Shown here: positions 1 to 13,875 of the stretch, one piece after another
How positions within the stretch are numbered: position 1 is the first letter of the stretch
Layout of the letters: each line of letters opens with the position of its first letter
NCBI RefSeq assembly: GCF_009834535.1
Contig: NC_045698.1
Span: forward strand, 16,184,001 to 16,248,000
Reading direction: 5' to 3'
Length of the DNA stretch: 64,000 nt
Origin: Camelus ferus
Lineage: Eukaryota
Program-made: the position numbers and the translations under genes
The notes under the pieces: model-generated
The model's input: only the letters and a program-made list of their open reading frames with translations
What the model was told of the DNA's origin: nothing
Database searches by the model: none

Positions 1-4
1 TTAA

Positions 5-330
5 AATGCATTTGTAATACTTCCTTAGAGGTAGAATTTATGGTTCAAAGAGGATGTATATTTCTTAACGTTTTTGACACAGAATGACAATTGCCTTACC
101 AGAATATGTACTGTCGTATATCACACCAGTATTATAGAACAGGCTCCTTGTCTTCAAAACCATTTTTATCATTAAAAATACTCATTAATTTGAATTTGGT
201 TAATTATTAGCTCTAATAGGTAATTAAAATTTCACCTTTTTGTACTCTTTAGCCAATTGTTCTGCTGAGAAATCATTTTTTTCCTTATTGACATGTAAGA
301 GTTCTTTATAATTTAAAGATATTAATGGTG
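5..330 (-). mobile_element. Ancient L1 (L1M-type) fragment, highly diverged
   Basis: Motifs such as ttccttagaggtagaatttatggttcaaagagg and ttttttccttattgacatgtaagagttctttata resemble antisense old L1 ORF2 3' region; recalled, not searched. Confidence 0.5.
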
Positions 331-559
331 TGTAACCTTAAAAGGCATCCTTCTCTCTGAAATCTAAAGGCAGACATCTATGTTTTGTTTTTCTTCTTTG
401 TATTTAAATCTTAAACAAGCATCTATCTTTGTACATGCCATCAGGTAAGCATTTAACCTTTGTTTTTCCAAATAATCTGCAATCAACTAAAAAATACTCT
501 TTAATTTGGTTGTTAAAAAAAAACCTACGGACTTGTTCCCTTTATCATAATATTTATGT

Positions 560-762
560 ATGTAGTGTTAGGAAGCACGGTGTTCTGTCCCTTACCATCT
601 GTGTGATCCTGAAAAAGCTCAGACACCCCTGGTCTGTGTCCTCATCTGTCAGTGGGGATTATAATAGTACATACCCAATAGGGTTGGTATGAGAAAAATT
701 TTATGTATGAAGAAAGCTTGAAAAGAACCTGGTACATAGTTAGCGCTCAATAACTGTGGGCT
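560..762 (+). mobile_element. MIR SINE
   Basis: MIR core ctgtgtcctcatctgtcagtggggattataatagtac and 3' end cctggtacatagttagcgctcaataa. Confidence 0.85.
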
Positions 763-3700
763 AGCTAAATATACCTACATATTATAAATAGGAAGTATTT
801 CTAAATATTAGGTCTTCTGGAATTACTGAGCACTCTTTGATCTGTCTGTACTACACTGGAACCAAACTTTATTTTTGCTTTATGATGTATTCACTAAATC
901 ATAAGGTCAGAAATGCCACGCCATTCTGATTCAAATATTTCTGTATTGTTCTTCTTCCATAAATGAAAATTAGCATCATTATCTCAAGTTCTCAAGTGAA
1001 GAGTTAAGCAAACAAACAAACAAGTATCTCACTGGGATTTTTAAAATCATAATTGTTTTAAAGGTTAAGATCAATTTGTGAAGATTTGACATGTTTTCAA
1101 AATTACATCTTTTGCCTAGGAACAGCAGAACTGTGTAACTTAAAATATGGTGTTTAATTTGTCATTTTAGCAACAAAGCTGTATTCTTATAATGACAGAG
1201 CAATTTAAAAGGTCAAATCTATTTACAGTGTGTGAAATATAATAACTGGTTCATCTTTCAACTGAAAGAAACATTTTAGCATTTAGTAATTAATTTCTCC
1301 AAAGTATAATCTCTGTCTGAGTATAGCATGAACACAGTTTGTATATATGGAAGTTGTATCTCTACTGAGTACCACTTAAAGTAGACGTTTAATTGAAACA
1401 CAGTCACACTGCACGTCTTCCTTTTGTTAATTGGTCTTTGGAGGCCATTTGGAGATAGCCAATTATCACTCTCCCAAAACCTACAATGGCAACCATTTAA
1501 ACACAATAAGGTCACCTTCCCTTCCTGCTACTGAGTAGTGCTAAACGAGTGACACAAGAAAGACAGAGCAATAGCATAGTTTTATTATGTTTGTAGCTGA
1601 TTAATAGAGATTGCCTCAAAATGGTGCAACTGTGGTTACTGTGCGAATTTTACCCAAGCAGGGATTTTACTGTAGTTGTTGGCATTTGGAACACTACGAA
1701 CAAAAACAGTTAAACATTACAGGTATGCACATATCTGTTTATTTATACCACTTCACTGCAGAGAACTGCAATATATTTAAAGCCACATGCTACTGTTTTG
1801 AAATTTAATAAGCCTAAGCATTTTGTTTGTCTGCTCTTCTTCATTTAATTTTCAGTACCTGTCACTGCAATGTATTAAACTGTTATCGGTTATACATCTG
1901 TTAACTAAGCATCATAGAGGAATATATCAAATCAGTATGCTATCTAGTTCTGAGCAAAGTACATTTGTAAAACTCTATGGTGCACTAAAATAAGATTTAG
2001 CCTGTTGTTTACATTAGAATTTTTACACCTTCAACTTTGACTTTAGAAAGACAAAAGCATCTATTCGTTACATGATGAACACAGAAAGAACAGCCTCCCA
2101 AATGCAGCTGTGCACAGAATCATTGACAGAAACCTTAAAACCTGAGAACTGCGTATGTAGGGGACACTAAGCTACTTTAATATCACCTTCGTCTCCTGAC
2201 ATTTGCCTTCATTCTGATGTCTGAGCTCATCTCCCTTAATGCTTCCAAATGTTTAAAGCAATGTGTAATTTAACAACTTAGATATGGGGCAAGAATAAGC
2301 TAAAACTCAAACTGTTAGGAGACATAAATAGTACATATGAAAAATGATTAAAATGCTTGTTATTACAAGTTTCTTATATAGAGAGGCTTTATTCATAATT
2401 AATAATTTGTGATTTTTAGAACTCGGGTGATATTCAAACATTCAAAGCAAATGTCCAAATAAACTCATATTGTACTCGTGAGTTTGTCCTCTTTTATAAG
2501 CAATTTAATTATAAATTAATTTGCATATTGAATTCTTATGGCTCAAATTTTCTCCAGTAAGAGCATTACAAAATAGATAACTCTCAATTAATGCCTTATA
2601 ATTCCTAGTTTTTCTAACTTTTATAAAAATAGAATCAATAATTTCTTATTAATTAGGACATTTTATTTTTCAGTATCAGTTCAGTAATAAAATTGTAAAT
2701 AGCTGTGGCAGTAGTATATGTTTTTTATTTTCCAAATTCTTGTATTCTTGTAATTCAAGAAACATTTGTCCCCATTTAAATAAATTAGAGCAGAAAAGAA
2801 TCATTTCCCACAAAAAGCAAATGTTTGAAATGTTTGTTATCATCACTGAGAGCAAAACTGATAAAACTGATAAAATGCCAAAGTGAAGACATTAGCCATT
2901 GTGATGGCTTTGGAGAAAATATGTGTTTAAAACATTTTCAGGGAATAAACATTTGAAATATGTCTTCAAATAAAATGTGTGTAAAGTTAAACCACAAGAC
3001 ACATTTTTTTTCCCCAAATGGAACAAATGTGTTGATGAGCATAGTTCTATTTTCTGTACACAATCAAATCAATTGATTTCCAGCATCATGCTGTTTTAAG
3101 TGAAATATAGGCAATAATGCTCAAACACTCCAGTACTGGAAGTGGTTCTGTATAAAAGAAGGTGATGGAATACAAGAGACATAAATGGATAGATTGGATG
3201 CAGCAAAATGCCCCCAAAATACAGATAACACTGGCAGCACAGAAAATGAGAACCCAAGGAAAACATTTGTGGGAGCCGAAAGGAGGGGGAAGAAAGACAA
3301 AGATAAAAGCAGAGTCTCAAAACCTTGACCTGCTCAGTATAGAATATCGTGTGAATGAAAATACAGACGCATTTTGTTTTCTTTTGAACCCTATTATATG
3401 AAGCTTAATGAAGGACTTGGGCTCTCTCTGATAATTCAAAGGGAGAAAAGTACACTTTCAAGATATAAAGCAACCTCCTTTTTAGAGTATACCAAAGACA
3501 GAATTTCAAGCACTGTATCTACTGAAATGAAATCCTAGAGAAATATTAGTAGAGACTGCAGACATTATAATGATGGGAAGAGATCTTAATATTAAATCCA
3601 CTGTTGTAAGTGCTTCCCCCCAAACAGAATGCTGTTGCATTGTGTTTTAATGGGAAAAATATAAGAAAACAAAAATAATATCTTTCAAAAATATAGTTAT

Positions 3701-4999
3701 TAGGGGCTCTTTAAGTTCAGTTCATTAATTATTGACTGCCTTCATTCCAGGCCCATAAGCTCAAGCTATAAAATCTGCCCTTGAAATCCACTGGTTAGGG
3801 AGACAAACATAAAAAGGTCCAGCACAGAATGACTATGATGAAGGCGTACTTGACAGTGGGAGGGCAAGGCAAGATACTGACTTGGGTTTTAGACAAAATG
3901 TTTTTAAGATACCTGCAAGGAGTGGTTAATTGTGTAGTATTAGGCTCTGATGGGTGTTCTGTAGCAAATAACTGATTCATTGGCATGTGACCTGCAACTG
4001 GCCAGCAGAAGCTGGAAGTATAAAGTGAAGCAATGGCATAGCCCAGAGCCCAGAGGCAAGAGGGCCTGGTGCTTTCAGATACTGGGTTTGGTAAGAGACG
4101 TGTCTAAAGATCAGATGAGAAATGAGTCTGGAAACCACATAGGATCATGATGTTAAATTGCCTTGAACTTCTCTGATTCACAGAACACCTAACGAACGCT
4201 CTGCAAAGCTGGTGCAGCACTTCATATTTTGATGAAGTGTAAAATAACATAATTGGGATACGAGACGTTTCCCCAAGTTCCCTTTAGTCTAGAGTGAATG
4301 ATTTTAATGGTCTTGCAGGGCTAAATGCTAAAAGACTGGATAATGAAACTAAGGAAGAAATGTTATAGATTAACCAGATAGAGAGAAGTTGATTTACACT
4401 TTTTTTAATTAAATCCATTTTTTTTTTTTACTGGCAAGAGTAGAATACAGTTGAATTCTGTACTCCAAGAAGTCCATATGAGGAAGGGAAGAGGTTTGTT
4501 TTTTTTTTTAAAAACTACTCTGTGTATCACTATTTTTCTCCGAACACTTAAGGTGAATCCTTCATAATATAAAAGGCAAAACTGAAGTCTGGAAGAATAT
4601 GAAATTGATTACCGAGAAGCAGCCTTCTTCACTCCAACACGTGTTCAGAAATGCATCCTTCCATCACATTGCATCTACCCAGCCTTCTATGAATAGATAC
4701 TACTTAGCTATTAAGTTATAGTATATAGTTATATAGTTATAAAATATAGTTATATTTTTCGGAGTTGCATAAACACACACATCCTCACTTATACACACAT
4801 GCAATTTCGCGATTCATAAGAATTACCAACTTTCTACTCTTTCATTCACCAAGTACTCTTTAACCATTTTATGTCTTGGACATATCCCTCTGATGAAATG
4901 TTATTTCTAACATTTCTAGTGCACATATTTTTCCTGCAGAGAAAAATGTACGTTTTATTATAATTGTGTATTTAACTATTATAACAGATGCATTTTATT

Positions 5000-5950
5000 T
5001 CAGGTGTGGAGGCAAAGTGGAAGGGCATGGATTTGGGGGCTTATTTTGTAGAGAGATCAGGAAAGCCACGATAAAGGAGTATCCTTTAAATTGGGACTTG
5101 AACATGGACAACCACGGCAAGTGGCACTGAGATGGAAAACTATTTAAAGTGTGGACGATCTCATTACCATAGGAAGGAAATTGGGCTTTCTACTGTAGGT
5201 AATGCCAAGCCGTTTGAAGTCTTTAAACCATGGATAAACTTGATCTACTTTCTGTATCATGAAAGTAATTGGATTGGATAGGTAAGAACAATGGACAGAG
5301 AATCCAATTAGGAAATCATGCAGTAGTTCCAATAAAAGGATATGATAACCTAATTAAGGTAACAGTAATGGAATAAAACTAAAAGATAAAAAAATCATAG
5401 GCCACAAGATGTGGTAATGGGGTAAGAGCCAAGATCCAAAGATATATTTCTAAGTCAAAATGAAAAGAAGTTAGTGACTGATCTACAGAGGGTCGTGTAA
5501 GAACTGGAATGATGTAAAATGTAATAGATAGCCTACTTTGGGATACTGATGATACAGATTAAGTAGAGAATTTAGGTTTAGAATTAGATTGGGGAAGCAA
5601 GGAAGTAAGATAAAAGAAAAAAATTTAGGTTTTCATTAAAATAATAGTGAAGTACCTAGTAAATAGTAAAGCCATTGGACACCTGGATATGTGACTCTGC
5701 AGCTCAGAAAAAAGATCTCATGGAGTATGTAGGTTTGTGGCAGTTAACGTTTAGTTGATATTTAATGGTAGAATGGTAGGGAAAAATACACTCAAAAGAG
5801 TAGTTAGAGAAAACATGAAGACCGGGTTTGTAACTCTGGGATAAATATCAAGAATTTAAAATCAACCTTTGAGTTCCAGAAAGTTGGGATAACAAATGAC
5901 TTTACTGAGGTGCTAAGAATAGTCAGAAGTATTAAAAAGGGAAGGGAGAG
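5000..5950 (-). mobile_element. L2 LINE fragments, diverged
   Basis: Purine-rich L2-like motifs, e.g. cattggacacctggatatgtgactctgcagctcagaaaaaagatct. Confidence 0.55.
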
Positions 5951-7229
5951 AGAAATAAGTGGTTTATTTTCAGGAAAGGGAAGATCCGGTTCATAGTTTA
6001 AAGAGGGGGTAAGATAGAAGGAAATACTTCTTTAAGATAGCACTCGTCTAATAATGTTTGTGAGCAAGATCATGAGAGCTCATTGGTCCCTTTTTGAGAG
6101 TATTTGAGTAACACAGAAATTCACAAAGATAAAAACATTCCATCATGATTAAGATATACAATGTCTTCAAAGGTTTTGTCTTCCCCATTATACACAATCT
6201 CAGCTGATCCTTTTGGTCACGCCAACATACTGCTAAAAGTCTTTTATGTCCATGAGTATTTTCACATATTAAGTTAACTAACATCACCTCTCTAGATGTG
6301 ATATGAATTGTGATTTTAGAGATAAAGTTAGCTGTTAGCCTCTGGAAGATTTATCATAATTTTTTAAAAGAAGAGAAAAATTATATAGAACATTAATCTT
6401 TCCCGTACCTATTTGGAAGGAAGCTGCAAACAGTTTCAGTTGATCATTCACATATATCAGTGTCATGTGTTCACTGGTAATTCTGAAGTTATTTGGTTTT
6501 GGGTATGCTGCCAGCCAGCAAAACCCATCCCATAATCTTACCACAGTTTACAGTAATATTTTGATCATAGTTTATTTGAAACACTTATAAGATGCTCCCG
6601 AGCACATTTGTTATTTGTGGAGTAATAAAGTGACATTAAGTGTACACAAACATTACGTAACCACTCTCTGAAGGCTATTGGTACATAAAAATAGATTTGG
6701 ATGGTATTCTCCACACAGTTAGCCAGCAGATGCTATACTCAATTTTTTTTGGAAAAATGATTAGCTACAAGAGTAAACAAAGTCGGCTCATAGATGCTGT
6801 AATGTTTAAGTTAATGGCTATCATTTCCATGTAGAGATGTTCAAAAGAAAAAGCAGCAAATCTAGTACTAGCCACTAAACTAGCTATATTACAGCAGTGG
6901 CTACTATTTGTTGTTTCATGATAGGTACAGTTAACACTGTTTTAGGCATATGTTTATAAAATTTTCTCCGTAGGTACTCCCCCTAGAGAAAATGTTTGTG
7001 CTCAGATAGTCACAGATATTCTTTTAGTATTTGTTAATATAGAACATTATAGGGACAAAAACCTTAATGACCACTTACTAAATAAATTAACAGTGGAGTG
7101 ATTTCAGTAATTAGGCTTTCAAAAAAACCAAAACATATGAAAGTTGTGTTAACAATGATTTTCATGAAGCATCACACCTTCTCCTTCTGCTCCTGTTTCT
7201 TGGGTCTAGTGGTGCTTTAAACATGAGAC

Positions 7230-7950
7230 TTTCCACATGTATTCTATCAGGCTATGTCTGCTCTTTGTTTTAAGTTCTGGGGATGCTGTTGTGAAGCAAA
7301 TAGACAAGACCTCTCTCCTAGAGTTCACATTCTCATGAAGAAGACAGGCAAGGAAAACAATACACACCAAAACACCTAAGTACATGATGATTTTTCAGTG
7401 TTAATTTGCATAGAGGAAACAAGCAAAGAAGGTAATAGGGATAATGAGGAAGGCAGCCTTTGCTAGATTGGATTGGCTAACACATAGCTCATGAACAGGT
7501 GATGTTTTGGCAGACATCAGAAAGCGTCAAGCATGTTAAGATCAGTGGAATGCACATTCAGGCAAAACAGATATCAGTTATAAATAGTAAGCTATGAACA
7601 AGCTTGATGGATTCAGGTAAGAGGAAGAAATTTGATGGGTTGAATATACTGAGTGAGGGAGTGATGAGTTGGCGAGACAGGTAAAGGGCAAATGGCATGG
7701 GACCTTGTGGGCTTTTGTGAGGAGTTTGATTTTATTCTAAATGTAAAAAAGACATTAGAACATTTGCAGCAGGGAGATAATCTAATACTCTATAAAAATA
7801 AATATATTTTAACATTATGTGTTCAACAAATGGGAGAGATAGTATAGAAGCCAAAATTGCTATTAGAAACGTCTTGCAGGGTATTGGAGTAAGTTGAAAT
7901 TGAAGGCATGGGAAGAGAAAGAAATAGTTGAAATATACTTTTTGTAGATC
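7230..7950 (-). mobile_element. L2 LINE fragment (3' region)
   Basis: ttctggggatgctgttgtgaagcaaatagacaagacc...agagttcacattctcatg and gaggagtttgattttattctaaatgtaa are typical antisense L2 motifs. Confidence 0.75.
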
Positions 7951-8579
7951 AGTTGAAGATAAGTCCCTTAGATTAATTCTACTTCACTCCCCTAAATTTT
8001 AACCTTGAGAAATATGACTATTCTCTTAGTCTTTATAAATTACCAGCAATATTTCTTTTTTTTTGTAACAAAAGCCGGGAGGAATCAAACTCTCTAACGA
8101 TTATCTAACTTGAATCCCTTCTGTTACAATTATTATGCCTATTTTGACATTTTTTTCCTCTTAATGAAAAGGGAAACAGCTGTTTACCATCATCCATACA
8201 TTCTTTTCATAAACTTCAAATCTATTATTAAGCAATCCTTAAGCTTGTGATGCCTAATTGAAGTGAAGCATCCAGATTGACTATTTGAAGCCAAAAGCCC
8301 TTGAACATGGCTTAGTAATTTTAATGACAAAAATAACCTGGCAATCATCCATTATCAAACCAAAAGAATGGAAGCCATTTTATGGAAGCAATTGAATCAG
8401 TAAAAAATACCAGCAGACAACGTGAAAATTTTTAGAAATTTGACTAATAAAGCCATTACAATGTGTACCATTTGACAAGAGGAAATACACATGTGTTCGC
8501 TAAATAAATATTTGTAATAGCTTGTTCTGGTTAAGTAGGGGAACAACTCAAAACAGTGTCTCTGGATTTGAAGAGATTA

Positions 8580-8900
8580 TAGACCAGAAGGGGATTTGGA
8601 CAAGTGAAAAAGCAAAGCAAAATAGTGCAGAGTATTCCAGAAAGTAGGAAGAAGAGAGATTATGGAAAACTCTGGAAATAGGGTGGCTCTACTGAGTGGT
8701 GAGTCTAAGATGAGATCTAAAGGAGGAGTAGGGTTGCACTGGTGGCTCAGTGGTAGGATTCTCACCTGCCAAAGGAGGAGGGGGGTCATCAAGAGAAAGA
8801 GAAGACAGGGAAGGAGACTGCGGAAGTAGAATGCAGACCAGGAACAGCGGCCGCACAAGCCGGCCAGCAGCGTGGACAATGGCCTGGAGGGGAAAAGAGT
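8580..8900 (-). mobile_element. Probable L2 fragment hosting a tRNA-half retrocopy
   Basis: gatgagatctaaaggaggagtagg and aggaacagc motifs resemble antisense L2. Confidence 0.4.
8736..8771 (+). pseudogene. tRNA-Gly(GCC) 5'-half tailless retropseudogene
   Basis: gcactggtggctcagtggtaggattctcacctgcca matches the first 36 nt of mammalian tRNA-Gly-GCC (GCATTGGTGGTTCAGTGGTAGAATTCTCGCCTGCCA) at 32/36. It ends at the anticodon and is flanked by imperfect 17-bp direct repeats (8719-8735, 8771-8787). Confidence 0.8.
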
Positions 8901-9694
8901 GACGTCAAAGCAACTGGTTAAGATTTGTAGCCATAAATTACATGTCCACCTGAATCTTACAATGTTGTTATCTTAACTGAGACCCTCTCTTAAATGGAGA
9001 AGGTATGAGGAGATCAGGAGGCATTCTGAATATAAATGCCCCTTATTCTCTCACTTTTTTCTCCTATTTCAGTTACAGAGGATAATCTCTACTAGAGAAC
9101 ACTGGGTTTAAAATTAGACCTTTCCAGATGAACAAGCAAATTTGAATCTAAGATAAGGTAACTAGTACTGTTTTCTAATATGTCTTGTATTGCATATTAA
9201 GTCAGTTAATTTTATCCATTCCAATTTTATGGTTACTAGTTTCATTCACAAAATATTTAATGTATGGCAAATCTAAAATCAAAGTTTCCTAAAACAGTTT
9301 TCTCATATTACTCATTACAGATACTTATTTATCCCATTGTTATATTTACTAGCTTTTATGCAAAGCATTATGTTTGTTAAGGTTTATTTGGTGGTTTTAT
9401 ATCATAGTAGGTCCCTAGATAACTGGCAGGTCCCACAGAACTTCTTAGCTGTAAATTGTTGAACTTTATGATGCTGATACATAAAGATATAGTAAATTCT
9501 GAGTTTCTCAGTAACATCCTAAGTGCTGCAGTTCAAGTTTTGGTATTAGCATGGTATTTTTCTAGTCATTTCACTATTTTAAAACAATGAGAGAAATGAT
9601 ACGTACTCAGGCAAAGTCTTGAAGACAGAGAAGTGTATGAAGAACTAAAACATTTTATGTATTTGAAATATTACCAAAAGCATCTGATTTGCCA

Positions 9695-9795
9695 ATATAG
9701 ACCTAGTTCTTAATTAGCCATTGTTAATGTGGATAAGTAGGCTGACCACTCTCAACCTCAGCTTCTCCATTTGTAATTTGGAAAAATTATGGTAC
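9695..9795 (+). mobile_element. MIR fragment
   Basis: agacctagttct...ctctcaacctcagcttctccatttgtaatttgg core. Confidence 0.6.
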
Positions 9796-10544
9796 CAACT
9801 TAGTCCTGTTGTTTTGATGAATTAAAGGTGTTGAAGGAAATTTATCTTTTGAAGTAGAGGTCAGTAAATGTTTTATTCCATTATAATTCCAACATATAAA
9901 ATGTATCTTATTATGAATAGAAATTACTTTTCTTTTGCTACTAAACAGTTTGTAAAAAATACTGGCTTTGAACATAACATCCATGATTTTTTAATCATGT
10001 TATTGCTTGAAGTTTAAAAAATAATTTCCAAATTCTATTTTGATTAATAAATTGAAGGCGTGCATTGAATGTACTTTTTCTGGCACTTTGATATAATTTT
10101 TAAGCATTCTTGATTTATGTATATTAATGAATTTCTATTGAAATAACATTATACCATTTTAAAGTATTTTATTATATTTAGGAGAATGGATTTATTACAT
10201 ATATTTAGTAAATAAATTAAAATATATCCCAAATCTAATTTTTATAAAACGATGGGAAGAATAATAGTCTTAAGTAATGTTTGCCTTCTGAAAGTATAAA
10301 AGCTTTTCGGGTGTAAAGTATTTCAAACTTTTAAATTATGTGTTGTTTCAATAAAAACAAGGAGAGGATAACAAATAATAATTCAAAAGTAATATAGAGC
10401 AAAAGAAGAGATAAATAATCTGAATATAAAAATGAAATTGCTGTGGATTCAAGCTATTATTTTTTCCTAATATTTGTTCCTTACATCTTATACAATTTCT
10501 AAGGTATCCCAGTTTAAAAAGAAAAATCAATGAACATTGAACAT

Positions 10545-11041
10545 TGAGATAGGCAGACCAATACTCCCCACCTCCCTCAAAGATGCCCACATTCTAATGC
10601 TTGGAACCTGTGAACATGTTACCCTCAATGGCAAAAGGAATTCTGCACATGTGATCAAGTTAAGGACTTAAAAATGGGGTATTATCTGGTCAAGTCAGTC
10701 TAGTACAAGGGTCCTTAAGAGGGGAATACTGAGGCAGAAGAGAGTCCAAGAGAGAGATATAATGATGGAACTGGGACAGAGGGATACAGTGTTGCTGGCT
10801 TTGAAGATGGAGGAAAATGATCATGAGATCAGGAATGTGGAAAATCTCTATAAAATGAAGAGGCAAACAGATTCATCCCTAGAGCCTCCAGAAAAAAAGC
10901 CGCCCTGCCAACATTTCAGTTTCACCCAGTGATACCCATGTCAGGTTTCTGACCTACAGAGCTGGAGGGTAAGTCATGCGTGCTGGTGTAAGCCACTAGA
11001 CTTATGGTAATTTGTTACAGCAGCAGATAGAAATTAACATA
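10545..11041 (+). mobile_element. MaLR solo LTR (MLT1D-like)
   Basis: cccacattctaatgcttggaacctgtgaacatgttacc...tggtaatttgttacagcagcag, characteristic MLT1 5' and 3' motifs. Confidence 0.85.
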
Positions 11042-13419
11042 AGAATTAAAAAGAAAAAGAGTACTTTCCTGAAATCGTGGCATTTAAGGCATCATTCAGC
11101 ATTAACAAAAATAAATTATATTTTTCCTTATAATTTTTAAAGAAAATAACTGTATAAAGAACCAAGTACTTTCACAAAATACCTAAAATATTTTTTCTCA
11201 GTTAACCAAATCACAATTTTTTTCCTCAGTAATATGCTCACATGGTAAAGGATCTAAAACGAAAGTAATATTACGGTTCTATCAGAATAATTTACAAATG
11301 TTGCATAAGAATGTTTAATTTTAAAGTGGAAAATTTAAACATATGACTTCTCATGATAAAAAAAAGTAAAATAGCATAGAGGAATAAAAAAACTATATTA
11401 AACAGAGTCAATCAGAGTAACATTTTTATTTGGATACCAGGTATGTTTTTTAGGTATTATGGGGTGTAGTACCCCCTTAAAGAAGCTTTCTGTATAAATA
11501 GTGTCCTCCCAACTTAGTGAATATTAGAGATGTTCAGCATTCTTTTGTTGATCCAGTTTGCATCAGGGAAGGCACATTCTCAAGGTATGGAGGCTGGGTG
11601 TGGCGAGCAGGGAAGGTAGAAAGTAAAATTAATTCCCAAGTGCTGCCAAACACTGCCTCGACCTACCCCCCTGCCCCTTAATCCAAAATCACAAAGACAT
11701 TGCCCTCCTCTTCTCAAAATTAATATATAACTTTATTAAACCAAAGATATTATTTGATATGCTGAATATGTGCTATGGAAAGTAAAACTTATGAAATTCA
11801 AACTACTGTTGCCACTAAGTGATTTCAGTTTAGTAACTAGTTACAGTCAAGGAGTATGCTTTTCTATAATTAATTTAAAATGGTATCAGTAGAAATATGT
11901 GAATTTAAAAAAAACAGCCTTCATATATTCATACAGCTACAAATCATATATTCACATAGCTACAACTGGGTCTTTCCAACTCAAACTCTGTATTTGCACC
12001 TCACAAGCACTGTATGGAGGAATAACTCATCTGTCATCACCTAGTCTCTGCAGTAAGGTTATTTTAAGAGAGAGCCATCAATCTTCTTTGCTTCAGAGAT
12101 AAACTCGAGGGTACATGTGGGTATATACATTGCCCCAAATAACAGTACTTCAAAGAGAAGCTAACAAACATGGACGTACTTCACATCTGTTCTTCAGTAC
12201 AGTCTCCAACTTCCATGAAATTATAGATGCAATTTTTACCATTCTCGGAGCCATGAAGATTGTGAGATATATTGATATAGTAAAATCCTCTTTATTCCAA
12301 ATATAGTACATAAAGAGCCAGGTAAAGCAAAATTAAAAAAAGATGAAACCAATATATGTTAATTCAGGCAATAAATGTTTTGTTAGAAACAAAGGTTTTT
12401 AATTCAGAACAGTGCTGATGCCATTCCCATCTGTGCGCTAAGCAGAGGATACTCCCAAGGTTTGCATTTTTAAACTTTTTTTACTCAACTGTATATGTAG
12501 GAAATTCGATAAGAATATATTTCCAGAATTTCAAGACTTTTGTTACTTTCATCTCCCTTGGTACATACTTGTTCATGTATAGCCTGCAAACGACATCAAA
12601 GATAAAACTATTTATTCTAATTTGTTTTAAGTCATTATTCTACACTTTTCGGATAAGCAAGTTAAAATTGTGAAAAAAGAATGCAATGTAAAGTAATATG
12701 ACAGTCTTTGCTTTTATTATCATTTTAATTCTTGACATGGAAAATTTCACTAAAACTTCCTTAAGAAAACTTGATGTTATAAATCTTCCTCCCAAAATTC
12801 CTTCTTTAAAACTGACAGGTTTTGTGTATGCCTTGAAGTAATGGGTCCTACCTGTTTCATTTTGCTGTGTATTGCTCAAAATCCGTAACAGTATTTTCAC
12901 AAATGTCAGTGGGCCATATGTGTTTGTTGAAAGAGTAAACACATTAAGGTATCAAATACTGATTAAAACACTACTCTGTGATAGTAGCAACACTGGTAAA
13001 TATTATATTTGTAACTTTCAATGGGGGCTATAAATTCTCTTTAGAAACCTTCATTTAGGTATAAAGAATGATACATTTCAGTCAACTTAAGACATAAAGA
13101 ATATTTGGAACAAATACATGTAATGGATAAATTAACTTTCTATCCCATTCCTTACTTCTCCCTAAACTTAATTTACATTTCTGTCTAAAGTCTTATTTCT
13201 TAACATCTGTTATTATGTAAAAAAGAAAGAATATTTCACATGACTTATATTGTTATCCAAATCATGATTTATCTTCCATACTATGTTTCTACCTCTGAAA
13301 AAAATGGATAAATAAATAAATGTCTAACTCTGAAAATAATTTCTTAATATAGAAATGTGAAATCATGAGAATTATAACGAAAACTCAGGCCATTATTAAG
13401 TCTTCCAACTTGCTGATTT

Positions 13420-13875
13420 TAATTGTGTCTTTTGTTTCTGCATCTCCTATTGGAGCCAGCTGTCCTCCTGTACCCATCCTCTGCCTCCTCCATGGTAATG
13501 TGCATTTAGCTGGACAGCTGCACTCGGCTGATGATTGGTTAATGATATATAAATGAGAGGTGATATTTACAAGTGTAGGGTCCTGTTTTATAAAGTAAGG
13601 AAGTCTTCTTCCTTCCTGGAGGTGATATCCCCACTACCCCACATGTAACTTTTCTTCTTCCTGCATATGTGATATTAGGACCTGAGCTCGTAGACAGAAG
13701 TTGTGTTAAAGATGAAGCTGACACACTGTCAGTCCTGGAACACCCTTCTATGGACTGTTAAATCAGAGATGTTTATGCTGTTTAAATCTTTGGATCAGCT
13801 GCATGAAAGATAATATTTATCTTAATTAAATGTTTGATGTTTCTTTGTTACAGCAGCTTAGAATTGACATCAGCC
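13420..13875 (+). mobile_element. Old ERVL/MaLR-class solo LTR (LTR33/LTR16-like), diverged
   Basis: 3' end tttgttacagcagcttag and internal gctgatgattggtt motif. Confidence 0.45.

Noticed and set aside
8736..8810. Possible functional tRNA-Gly gene
   Set aside because: Only the 5' half is present; there is no B box, T arm or 3' acceptor strand.
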